From: Trichosphaerium sp. ATCC 40318
Lineage: Eukaryota > Protista > Tubulinea
Direction: 5' to 3'
NCBI GenBank assembly: GCA_038496445.1
Contig: JALMLS010000076.1
Span: 62,001-126,000, forward strand
Length of the DNA: 64,000 nucleotides
The notes below the pieces were generated by a model. It was not told the DNA's origin. It was given only the letters and a program-made list of their open reading frames with translations, and did no database searches. Shown here one piece after another: positions 1-10,353 of this stretch (within the stretch, counting starts at the first letter, position 1; every line of letters starts with the position of its first letter). Position numbers and translations under genes: made by a program.

Positions 1-31
1 TGCGCACATTCTTACTCATTATTGTAAAAAG

Positions 32-511
32 GCGACGTACCTAATACAGTAGCCAAACTTACAAAGTTACCTGGAGTTGGTACAAAGACAGCCATGGAGG
101 TGATGATGGTAGGATGGGATAAGTATGTTTAAATAGCCTTTTATTCAAAAATTACTGCGGCTTATTCTGTTCTTTCAAGGCCTGCTGGTATAGCTGTGGA
201 TACACATGTTCATCGTATATGTAACAGATTGGGTTGGTTTGATCCTGAAACACAAACTAATGACAAAACAAGAAAAGCATTAGAGTCTTGGCTTCCAAAG
301 GAAAAATGGGGTAAAGATGGAATTTCTTGGTGTTTCCCAGGTAACGGATTCTCTTACTAAACGCTTTTATTTATTCTTCAAAGGTTTTGGACAAATGGTT
401 TGTACTGCAAAGAACCCTTTGTGTTCCACATGTCCTGTTACTGACTTGTGCCCTTCTTCTGGTAAAATTAAGGCACCAACATCTAAAAAGCGTAAGACAG
501 CAAAGAAATAG
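32..511 (+). CDS. NTH1: Endonuclease III / NTH1-like DNA glycosylase, 3' exons (5' end outside window)
   Basis: Spliced translation shows HhH motif LPGVGTKTA, catalytic [14 protein letters not shown] and 4Fe-4S motif C-x6-C-x2-C-x5-C ([17 protein letters not shown]), ending in a basic KKRK tail. Confidence 0.9.
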
Positions 512-838
512 TTCCTGTACCTTGCAACCAGTTTAGTTATCTAAATAAACCCATTTCTGATTGTTAGATTATGGCAGTGGCAAAAAATGCGCCTTTACAT
601 TATCATTTGGCCTTGATTTAAAATTAGCATTTCTTACGATTCTTAGCAATCCAAATCACGTGCCACCACTAACCAATCGTGCACTAGCAAGCCGGACAGG
701 CATGAAATGTACTTGTACTTGACCGGCCAATACATACAGTGACTTTTGGAGTGTTACTTAACTAGTGTCCAATTAAGCGTTGTTTTCGTCCATTCATTGC
801 AGAATAGCATGGTGTAGAACAAATCTTCGGTTTTCCTA

Positions 839-2448
839 ATGTCAGCTCGTGAATGGCATATTGTAATACTGGGCCCTCGAGGAGCCGGTAAAACATCCTT
901 ATTGATGCGCGTACGTAAAAGAAAAAAAAATCCTTGTGTTTGCCCACTGTGCCAAAGTTGTAGTTCATTCTCAACACGTTCTCGAAGAACTACGTGCCTA
1001 CAATTGTTGAAGATGAATGGGAATCAAAATTGACGTTACACGGAAGACAGTACACTGTAGTGTTTCACGATACTCAAGGGTTTGGTAAAAATCACGTGGC
1101 GTTGTATATTTACCCTTACAAAAAAAAAAAATAGTCAAACACCTGCCAGACGCTGACATTCCTCCTAATTTACCATTCATCGATATAGATAGCGTAATAA
1201 GAAAAGGTACTTTAGTTAATTCCAGTTTAATCTAATTTACATCATTTTGAATCGGTTTGTGTATGATGGCCGTATCAAAACGAAATCGCGTCTCTCTTTA
1301 GCCAAAAAAATCAAAAAAAAACATTTTCTCTGATATTTTCGCTTATCGTTTACAGGTGATGCCTTCATAATAGTGTATGTAAAATTTTAGTGATGTTATC
1401 TTACCCATTGAGATATGACGCTTCGAGTTTACAATCATTCAATACAACAAACAGACTGGTTGATACAATAAATGTCGTGAAAAAGAATGAAGGTACTAGA
1501 CGGCATCATGGCGCTGTGTTGCTCAACGATATTTTATAGAGATTGTACCACCTATGGTTTTAGTAGCTAATAAGTGTGATACAATTTCCAGAGAAGTAAT
1601 GGAGCAAGAAGGTCGCTATCGTGCGGAAGGGTTTAAGATGCTGTTTGCAGGTAATTTTTGACTTTTTTTTCAAATTAAAATGAAACTCGTGTCTCCACCT
1701 ACACGTGTTTTTAAATGTCTCCTAAGAATTTTTTTCTGATCTTTACCCTTTGGAAACATCTGCAGAGAATGATGTTAACATACAAGGTACGTCAAGGTTG
1801 TTTTTTGAGATAAAATGGTTCAAATTGTGAAGAAATTATTTTAAGACACATTCCACGCTATTGTTGACAGAATGACAAATCCCAACCTACAAATAATATC
1901 CGATGCAAAGGTACCATCATTTAAGGATGTAATTTATACTTATAAATTATCCTACAGCTCAAAAAGAGAAAATTTTATACAATGTCAGACGAAGTGAAGC
2001 AATGTCAATATTGTAAGCATAAACTAAAAGATTTACAAAGACAACAGGTTAAACGGGAAGGGTACGTATATACCCACCCTATATCACGTGACACGGGCTG
2101 TAGGTATTTAATGATGGAGCATAACACATCAAAAAAAAAGTATAAGTACGTACTAGCAAAATAACTAAACGGTTTGGTTTAGAAAAAAAAACTTACAAAA
2201 ATAGTTGCTTCCTATTCACCAATCACTTGATTGGTACAATACACAAAAAATGTCGGTTTGTATTTCATTTGACGCCGAAGGTTGTTGAGTTATCGAAACT
2301 ATCAGTAGTAGAGAATGGAAAGCCGAAGTATGGCTTATTTTTTAAATCGAAACAAACTGGGTCGTATCAGTGCCTCTACTCAGATAACGAAGTTGAATTG
2401 AATGCTTGGTTCGATGCTGTAACAAAAACTCTTGAAAGGCCATTGTGA
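839..2448 (+). CDS. Ras-like small GTPase with C-terminal PH-like domain, multi-exon
   Basis: G1 GPRGAGKT, G2 YVPTI, G3 DTQG, G4 ANKCD, G5 ETSA. The C-terminus has VKREG(Y)LMM ... LYSDNEVELNAWFDAV, the typical PH terminal helix with Trp. Confidence 0.8.
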
Positions 2449-2728
2449 GTTTTCAATGGTTCTTTTTACCATTCGGTATTTGTACCTACTTGTATATGAT
2501 GCGCCATGTTTAGCGTTTAACGATAAATGGAGATAGTTGGCCTGTTTTTTGCCAGTACATTTCAACGATAAGCTTTTTTTTGTACGACACGCTGTAATGC
2601 CTAAGTGGTGGCGTAATCTGAGTGTTGATTATAACAATAAAGCTCGGTACAATTGTTTAAAAAAGGAACGAAATTTCCATTTTTGTGTCGTGTAGTCATA
2701 AGTTAGCAAAAACCAAAACTTTGGCATC

Positions 2729-5700
2729 ATGAGTACGGAGGGCATGACTCTTGAGGAGATAAAGGCGCATTTGGCCGAGCAAAAGGCTAAAATGCAACGT
2801 ACACTCGAGCTAAAAAGAGCCAGACTGAAAGCAAAGCGCCTGGCGAAGAAGAGACGAGAGGAAGAAGAGAAAAAGAAGATGGAGGAGTTCATGCGAGAGC
2901 AACAGGGTGAAGCAGAAGCGATGAACAAGATGAGGGCAACGATCCAGGCCAGAAAGGCTGCAGTTGAAAATCAACGCGCTAAAATGGAACAGGAGGCGCT
3001 TGCAAAGTATGTACAATGTACCAAACACAATTTTCCTTTTACAAAAATCTCGCCGCATCAATTTTCGTTCTACGCGTTAGAGGCACGATTTAAACATAGT
3101 TGTAACGTTTTCCTAAAGGTATGAAGCTGAACAAAAAACAGACGACGACGCAATGCGTATGATGAGAGAGCGTATTGCAAAGCGTAAACAAGAAACCGAA
3201 AAACGTAGGCGTGAGATTGAAGAGGCTAATATCAAAAAATACGAAAAAGAACAACAGGTACGTTATTGGGAATGGTTTAGTTGAGAAACCTAAACCGAAA
3301 AAAGAAGAAAATACGCTATAAAAATTCAAAACCGAACAATATTAATTGTTGTACCTTTAGGCTGAAGAAGATGCCGTTAAGCAAATGCGTGAACGTATTA
3401 ATAGGCGTAAACAAGAGCTTGCCTCCAAAAAAAATAAATTCGAACAACAAGCCCTCCTACAATTCCAAAGCGAGCAGGATATGGAAGAAAATGCTATTAA
3501 ACAGATGAAAGAAATGGTAGCGAAGCGTAAAAAGGAAGCTGCTGAACGCAGGAAGCAAAAAGAAGAAGAAGCCATGAAACAATTCAAAGCAGAACAGGAG
3601 GTTAGTAAAGTTTTCTTCACAAGCAAAACCAATTTTTTTACCTATTTTCATTGAAACTTGGGCTTACTCATTCCAAACTAGGCTGAAGAGCAAGCACTCG
3701 CTGCTATGAAGGCTCGTGTAGAAAAAATAAAGGCTGAGGCCGCCCAGAGACAGAATAAATTCGAAGCAGCTGCAATGGAGGAGTTCAAGCGTGAACAAGA
3801 CTTGGAAGAGGCTGCTATTTCTAATATGAAAGAAAGTATTTCCAAGAGAAAAGCTGAAGCCGAACAAAGAAGGAAGATTCGAGAAGAAGAGGCTATGAAA
3901 GAATTTAAGGCTGAACAAGAGGTACGATTTTGTTGTACAGCTTGAATATTTTCATTTGGCATAACTATTGCTGGGTTTACTCACCTGTGGTATAGTCTGA
4001 AGAACAAGCAATGGCACTCATGAAAGAGCGCGTACAAAAGCTTAAAGCTGAGAGAGCAAAATCAACAAACAAATTCGAGGTGAAGTTTTTTTAGGTTTTA
4101 GACATAAATTAACTGTTAAACAGGCTGCTGCTCTTGAGCAATATAAACAAGAGCAAGAGATGGAAGAGGCTGCTATCACACAAATGCGTGACTCTATCGC
4201 AAAGCGCAAAAAGGAAGCTGCACAGAGGAGACAGGAGAGAGAAGAACAGGCCATGAAAGAGTTCAAGGCTGAACAAGAAGCTGAAGAGGAAGCTATGGCA
4301 CTCATGAAAGAGCGTGTAAGAAAACTCAAGGCTGAGAAAGCAGCATCAAACAATAAATTCGAGGTACGTGAAGCGGCAAACAACAAAAAAAACCGAAGTA
4401 CATTTTGTGATGGAATTTTTACAAGGGCTTTTTGCTTGAATTAATGTTATCTTTTTTTTTTAGAAAGCTGCTATCGAACAGTACAAACAAGAACAAGAGA
4501 TGGAAGAAGCTGCCATCACTGCTATGAAAGACCGTATTAAAAAGCGCAAGGCTGAGTCTGCTGCAAGAATGAAGGCTGCTGAGGAGAAGGCACTACTAGA
4601 ATACAAGGCCGAGGCTGAGGTATTTTTTGTTTGCTGGGTTTTTTAACTATTCTGTTTTGGCGATTATTCAATCAACTGTGGCCTTACTTCTTTCAAAATA
4701 GGCTGAAGAGCAAGCACTTTCTGCCATGAAAGTCCGTATACAAAAGATAAAGGCTGAGGCTGCCAAGAACCAGAATAAATTTGAGAAAGCTTCAATGGAA
4801 GAGTTCAAGCGTGAGCAAGAAATGGAAGAAGCTGCTATTTCAAAGATGAAAGACAGCATTGCCAAGAGAAAAGCTGAAGCTGAACAAAGAAGAAAGGCCA
4901 AGGAAGAAGAGGCCATGAGAGAGTTCAAAGAAGAACAAGAGGTAACGCATTGAATTGTTTTAAATTTCGCTGAATCATTCATGTGTATTAATATCTTTAG
5001 GCCGAAGAAAAAGCCCAAGCAGTTATGCGTGACCGTATTAGGAAGCAAAAGGCTGCTCTTGCCGCTAGCAATAATAAATTTGAAGCAGCTGCACTGGCAG
5101 AGTTCCAACGTGAGCAAGAAATGGAAGAAGCCGCTATTTCAAAGATGAAAGACAGCATTGCCAAGAGAAAAGCTGAGGCTGAGGCTAGGAGAAAAGCCAA
5201 GGAAGAGAAAGCTATGAAAGAGTTCAAGGAAGAGCAAGAGGTACGTTAAGATGTAAACCCTTGAAAACTAGTCTAAAGTATGTTTAGGCTGAAGAAAAAG
5301 CAGCCGCAGCAATGCGATTGCGTGTTGAGGAAGCCAAGAAGAATAAAGCTGCTACTACTAATAAATTCGAAAAAGCTTCAATGGAGGAGTTCAAACGCGA
5401 GCAAGAAATGGAAGAAGAAGCTAGGAATAAGCTAAAAGAGGCCGTAGCTAAACGTAAAGCTGAAGCTGCCGCACGTGATAAGGCAAAGGAAGAAGCAGAG
5501 ATGGCAAAGTTCAAGGCTGAGCAAGAGGCAGAAGATGAAGCTGCTAAGCTCATGAAAGAGCGTGTTGCAAAGCAAAAGAAGGCTAAAGAAGATAAACGTA
5601 AGGCTGAGGAGGCAGCCCTTCTAGCAGAGTTCAACAAGATGAAAGCTGAAGAGGTGCGGTAGAGAACTTTGTATTTTTTTTGTTGACTTTTCTTTGTAGG

Positions 5701-5747
5701 AAGCTATGCACAAAATGTTGGAAGCTGAGTTTTCCGATGTTGCTTAA
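2729..5747 (+). CDS. E/K/A/R-rich helical tandem-repeat protein (40-aa subunits, 80-aa exon unit)
   Basis: About 11 exons with repeats such as AEEQA..MK.R..KIKAEAA..QNKFE.A.MEEFKREQEMEEAAISKMKDSIAKRKAEAEQRRK.KEEEAM.EFK.EQE. Ends EAEFSDVA*. Confidence 0.85.
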
Positions 5748-6017
5748 TACAGTTCATGTCTTTGTGTGTGCGTTGTGAAGATACGTACCCAAATTTTAGG
5801 AGGTCTCTATTGAGATATCGTGCGATTGTAAATATAATTTTTCGGAAAATACATAAACCCTCTGTTGATGTTGTATAAGCGTCGTAGACGCTAAGGAACA
5901 TCTAGAGGCATTAAAAAATGAAAAATAAAAAACAAAAAATTACGAAAACACGTTTTGGATTTAGTTGTGCCTACATACCCCTTAAGCGCCAGAGCACTTG
6001 AAATTGACTGCAGTACA

Positions 6018-7480
6018 ATGAAGAGCCTTTCAATAGCATTACTTGCAGTTGTTACATTATCAGCTGTATTCTCAATAGTGGTCGAGGTAATCTAGTGCCA
6101 AAACAAATATTCAAAACGCTAAATCGTTTTAAAGGAGCAACCGAATGCCTCTCCAGTTGTTGTAACCTACATAGACAAAATTAACGGTTGGTGGCCGCCA
6201 GCTACAATCGCAGCAGGTAAGATACCAATTGTCCAAGCTTTTTATTTCCAATATCACGTGCCAGGGCTCTTTTGTTGTCCAGCAGAACTTTCGCTTAACA
6301 TTGCTTTTTTAGGTATTGGTGTGCCTGGTTACGCCAAAGACACCAGTTATAATGTTTTTAACATTGCTTTCTGGTTGAGCAGTGGACCAACTGATATTGC
6401 CGATATTTGGGCAGACCCTCTTGTACGTGAAATAACTAAGCAGCTGCTTACTGAGTCATTCTCGCAAGTTTACTTGTTTTCTAGCATTATTTCAGCGCCC
6501 AAAACCCTTTTGGAAGCACTTCAGCTGAGATACAAGCCAATTTAACGAGGTACTACATCTAAAATCGAAAACCTGTTCTTATCCAACGAATTAGTATGTA
6601 TCACGCTGCTGGTAAAAAAATCATGATTAGCGCTTTCGGTGCTACAGAGTTTCCAACATCAGGCGGCAAGGACGCAGTTAAAACGTGCACAGATTTGGCT
6701 AATTTCGTAAAAACGAACCAGCTTGATGGTGTTGATTTAGATTATGAAGACAACGCAGCTATGAATAGTGGAGCAGGTAAAGAACAAGAAACAACTGAGA
6801 TTAAAAAAAATTAGGTGTTCAGTGGTTGATTGACTGTACAACTGCGATAAGAAAAGTACTACCTGTTGGTCAATATATTCTGTCACATGCTCCTCAAGCA
6901 CCGTATTTTATGGGTGAACCCAAGTATCCAAAAGGTATGTTTGTTATTTGTGCCACCAAGTTTCGTACTGTGATACTAGGAGGCTATCTTGAGGTTGATA
7001 AACAAGTTGGGCACCTAATTGATTACTACAACGTGCAATTCTACAACCAAGATCAAAGCTCTTATGATACACTAGAATCCCTCTTTATCAATTCAAACGG
7101 TTGGTACGATAATACAAATTAAACTGTACATACAAAAATTGAAACATCTACTTCTTTATTTCCCGTTGTACTGGAATCTTTTTTTGTGGAAAATATCGCT
7201 TAAAGTCACGTGATTTACTTGCAATTGTTTTAGGGCAACCAACAGTTCTATTCAACAAATGATAAATAATGGTATCCCTGGATCGAGAATTGTAATAGGC
7301 AAGCCTGTAACCACTGGCGATGCATCAAACACAGGATGGGTTGCAGCTTCAGCTCTTCAAGGTATAATTAAACAAGGGAAACAACAGGTCCCACAATGGA
7401 CATCTCCAGGTGTTATGACTTGGCAGTATAGCAGTGACAAAGAAGGTTCATTTATTGATGCAGTCGCACAAGCGTTGTAA
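6018..7480 (+). CDS. Secreted GH18 chitinase
   Basis: Signal peptide MKSLSIALLAVVTLSAVFS, KIMISAFGA, catalytic DGVDLDYE (DxxDxDxE), SHAPQAPYF, NVQFYNQ, GVMTWQY. Confidence 0.92.
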
Positions 7481-7640
7481 AAATGGACCATTTCATTGTT
7501 AAATTTTGCGTTTCTTTAATTTTCGGGTACTTGATAAGTTTGGCGATACACAGACGCGCTGAATATTATGACATCTAAAAGAAGCGTGGGGAGGTAAATT
7601 CATATGTTTATTATAAACGTCAAAAGGGTGAGGTGATTCA

Positions 7641-8276
7641 TTAGTCATTCCTTCCCCACTTTCCGAAAAAATCTCTAAGTCCTGGATATTTGCTCCAAAA
7701 ACTTGATCTTCTTGTACTTGGTTTAGGCTTTAGCTTATTACAAATAGCCAGTTCTCCTTCCCTTGGAAAGTGTGTAAGGTTGCAGTCTTCCGGATCAAGA
7801 ATAACTTCCTTTTCTACATCATGGTTGCTAAAAAAGATCCACTTTTCGAGTTGCCAAGCAAAAGCTTTGATTGTACAAATCCTTTTGGTGTCGTCAAATA
7901 CTCTTACATCCATCTTTGAACTTTTGTGCAAGAACCTCACGTCTACACAGTGCAGTGGGCTTTCTAGGTTAAATTTTGGTTCTGTGGCTGGTAACAAAAA
8001 AATACGCTCATCAAAGTATGCGTCCTTTACAACGCAAGGCGCCCTCCTTATTGTTATACCGTTGTAGGTTGTAAATTCAATAGAGTCTGCGTTTTTGCAT
8101 TCCCTCCTAAAAGAGTTGCATGTTTTGCAATCCTTGAAATATTCCTGGCTGCTTTGTAGGTAACCGTCTTCGTTTAGGTCAATAACCTTGCATGAACCAG
8201 TATACCCAGGGCATTCGCCTGCAGCTAATGCCAATAGAGCTGAAATGACGATAAGGAGATAGATACATTTGTACAA
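7641..8276 (-). CDS. Intronless secreted Cys-containing protein, unknown function (211 aa)
   Basis: Uninterrupted ORF with hydrophobic signal peptide (IYLLIVISALLALAAG) and about 10 Cys. No family recognised; start codon uncertain. Confidence 0.6.
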   Translation of the reverse strand: MYKCIYLLIVISALLALAAGECPGYTGSCKVIDLNEDGYLQSSQEYFKDCKTCNSFRRECKNADSIEFTTYNGITIRRAPCVVKDAYFDERIFLLPATEPKFNLESPLHCVDVRFLHKSSKMDVRVFDDTKRICTIKAFAWQLEKWIFFSNHDVEKEVILDPEDCNLTHFPREGELAICNKLKPKPSTRRSSFWSKYPGLRDFFGKWGRND

Positions 8277-8636
8277 AGCGATTGTAAATTAAGTACTCGC
8301 TAGTAAACTTAGTTCGCTAATTCTGTAAGTCGCTTTTTGGGACTTGGTTGGCTGAAGTTTGATTTAAAAAGCAAGTCGCTCAACTACAGTAGGCGCAAGG
8401 ATGCAAAGTCAGATGCTGACATTGTCGCAGATTTTGAAGCTCATCACTTGTTCAACACAAAATTTATTTAGATTGACTCAATGTCATTAACAGCCCTGTT
8501 TATTGCGACTGCAGTGTACAATTCCAATACGAAAAGTAAGACAGACGACTTGAGGACGAATTAAAACAAAAATAAATTTGACACATTGTGACAGTTGTGC
8601 GAATGCATTTAACATTTTGATTTTGTGTCATTAATA

Positions 8637-9880
8637 CTACTGATTGCAAAAGATACCAACATTACCAAACCGATTGACCAATGGCCGCATGAACGATCCA
8701 TGATACATGGAGCGTACTTCTAGTTGTAAACGGAATACAATATCGCCCTGTTGTAAGTGTTAGTGTTACTCGCATTCAATTAAAATTTGTAGCTTAATAC
8801 CTTCTCATTAACGAAATCTCTTATGCGAAACTGTTGATACTTGTAAGCTTCCTCGTATGTCTTGCATGAATCCCTGAATATGTGATCATGACACAGCACA
8901 TTAGCTTTGTTGCAAATATTATAGTAAGTCTCAAACTGAGCAACATAGACACAAGCATGCCAATCATTCAGCTTGGTGTAAGCTTCGCATTTATCTGACT
9001 CTTTGAAAATCAACTTTTGATTTGGTCCTACACTAACTGCTACCTTGAATTCTTTAGTTAGAATCTATCTAAGCGTTAAAGAGAACTAAAACGCACGAGC
9101 CCTGGATTATCAATACAATCAGCACCTAGATGCTTTTTAAAGTATGTGGATATGTGACTGGCTGTTCCTTGTGAGCAATAAACTTCAAGATATCTATAAC
9201 ACGTGTCAACCACATGTAATGCTTAACGAACCACGTACGCAATGCCAAGGTTGCCTCTGAATGCGATTACGCTTTTGTCATAAATTTTAAAATGAGTTCC
9301 CCAAGGTCCTATTACACAGTAAGGTAAACTTGCTTTTTTAACTCATTACTCCTTTTTTGCTTTTGCATTTCCTAAATGGTACGAATTCATTTACACTCAC
9401 CTGTCACCTCCAAAAACGCCTGGTCTTTTCCGAAATATGTGTCTCCTTTTCCTTTGCTCCAAGTGAATTGAGTTTCAGCGAGTTTATCGCCTACTGTTCC
9501 CAATGACTCTTCCAAAGCCTTTAGATCCGGTACAATAAGGCCCACCTCCCCTGTGACGTGTTGTGGGGTTGCTGAAGTCACCAAATGGAACTACGAAGCG
9601 AGTTAAATTACGGCAACTTTGTACATAGCTAAAACGTTACGAAATGTTGTACCTGTTGGTATCCAACGTTAATCCACATCGTATGGTCACTAAACCGGCG
9701 ATAAGGGTCGCGTGTGAGTCTCAAGCCCTACGTATGTTACAATTGCCGATGAAAGTGGCGTACTTGGCAAAAAAACACGCTGGCAATAGGTTGGCTAGGA
9801 ATCTCAATGTTGATGTGCTCCAACATAACAATGTTCTTTACATCGGTACGATTTACGTCATACAGTACACTGTTGGCCAT
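8637..9880 (-). CDS. VOC / glyoxalase-like protein, multi-exon
   Basis: Spliced: MLEHINIEIPSQ..GLRLTRDPY..MWINVGYQQFHL..WHACVYV..QQFRIRD..LEVRSMYH. Resembles a double-VOC-fold family I recall from bacteria, algae and fungi. Confidence 0.7.
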
Positions 9881-9992
9881 TGTAGTGTGCGTGTTTGTTG
9901 TTTTTTATTTGATGTGCCATTTTGACTAAACGAGACTTAGACTCACTTGTTTTTTCGCTTACACAAGATGATTGATGAGATTTCGATCACTT

Positions 9993-10014
9993 GCAGACAT
10001 TACGTAATGTCTGC
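9993..10014. promoter_or_regulatory. Perfect 22-bp palindrome GCAGACATTACGTAATGTCTGC with TTACGTAA core
   Basis: Self reverse-complementary, about 110 bp upstream of the VOC gene ATG. The regulatory role is inferred. Confidence 0.45.
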
Positions 10015-10353
10015 TGTGCAGCGCTTTACGAAACTTGTCCCGTTCGCCCTTCAAGTACTTAACATAAAGGGGTAGAAACATGTCTCTTTCGTGGTAGGAC
10101 AGTGATGTATGAGCTACTGCTTTTCATCTCATACTTACCTTGAACAACACGTGTCAAATGAAACGACAAACTGTTATGTGAGTCTTTATCATGCAGAGCA
10201 ACTTTATTGCAGCCGTATGTACAGGTTTAAAAAACAACAAGGTACTTATGTAGAATTTTGTACATTATCCAAAAAGGCCAATCAAATCATGTTGTAGTTA
10301 AAAAAATTTGAGAGGAGCCAATTCGTTTTCTTTTTTTTTTTGATAACTTTTCT

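Noticed and set aside
1651-1753. Apparent non-canonical GT-GG intron before ETSA in the Ras gene
   Set aside because: An in-frame AG acceptor 27 nt upstream (cctaag) gives EFFSDLYPLETSA, so no non-canonical site is needed.
2629-5637. Minus-strand S/F/L/A-rich ORFs
   Set aside because: Antisense shadows of the E/K/A-rich repeat exons.
10131-10297. U1 snRNA-like start ATACTTACCT with an Sm-like AATTTTG about 122 nt downstream
   Set aside because: The U1-70K and U1A loop consensus and the 3' stem-loop are not convincing, and it is equally explained as a minus-strand splice-donor-like sequence. An Infernal search with the Rfam U1 model would settle it.
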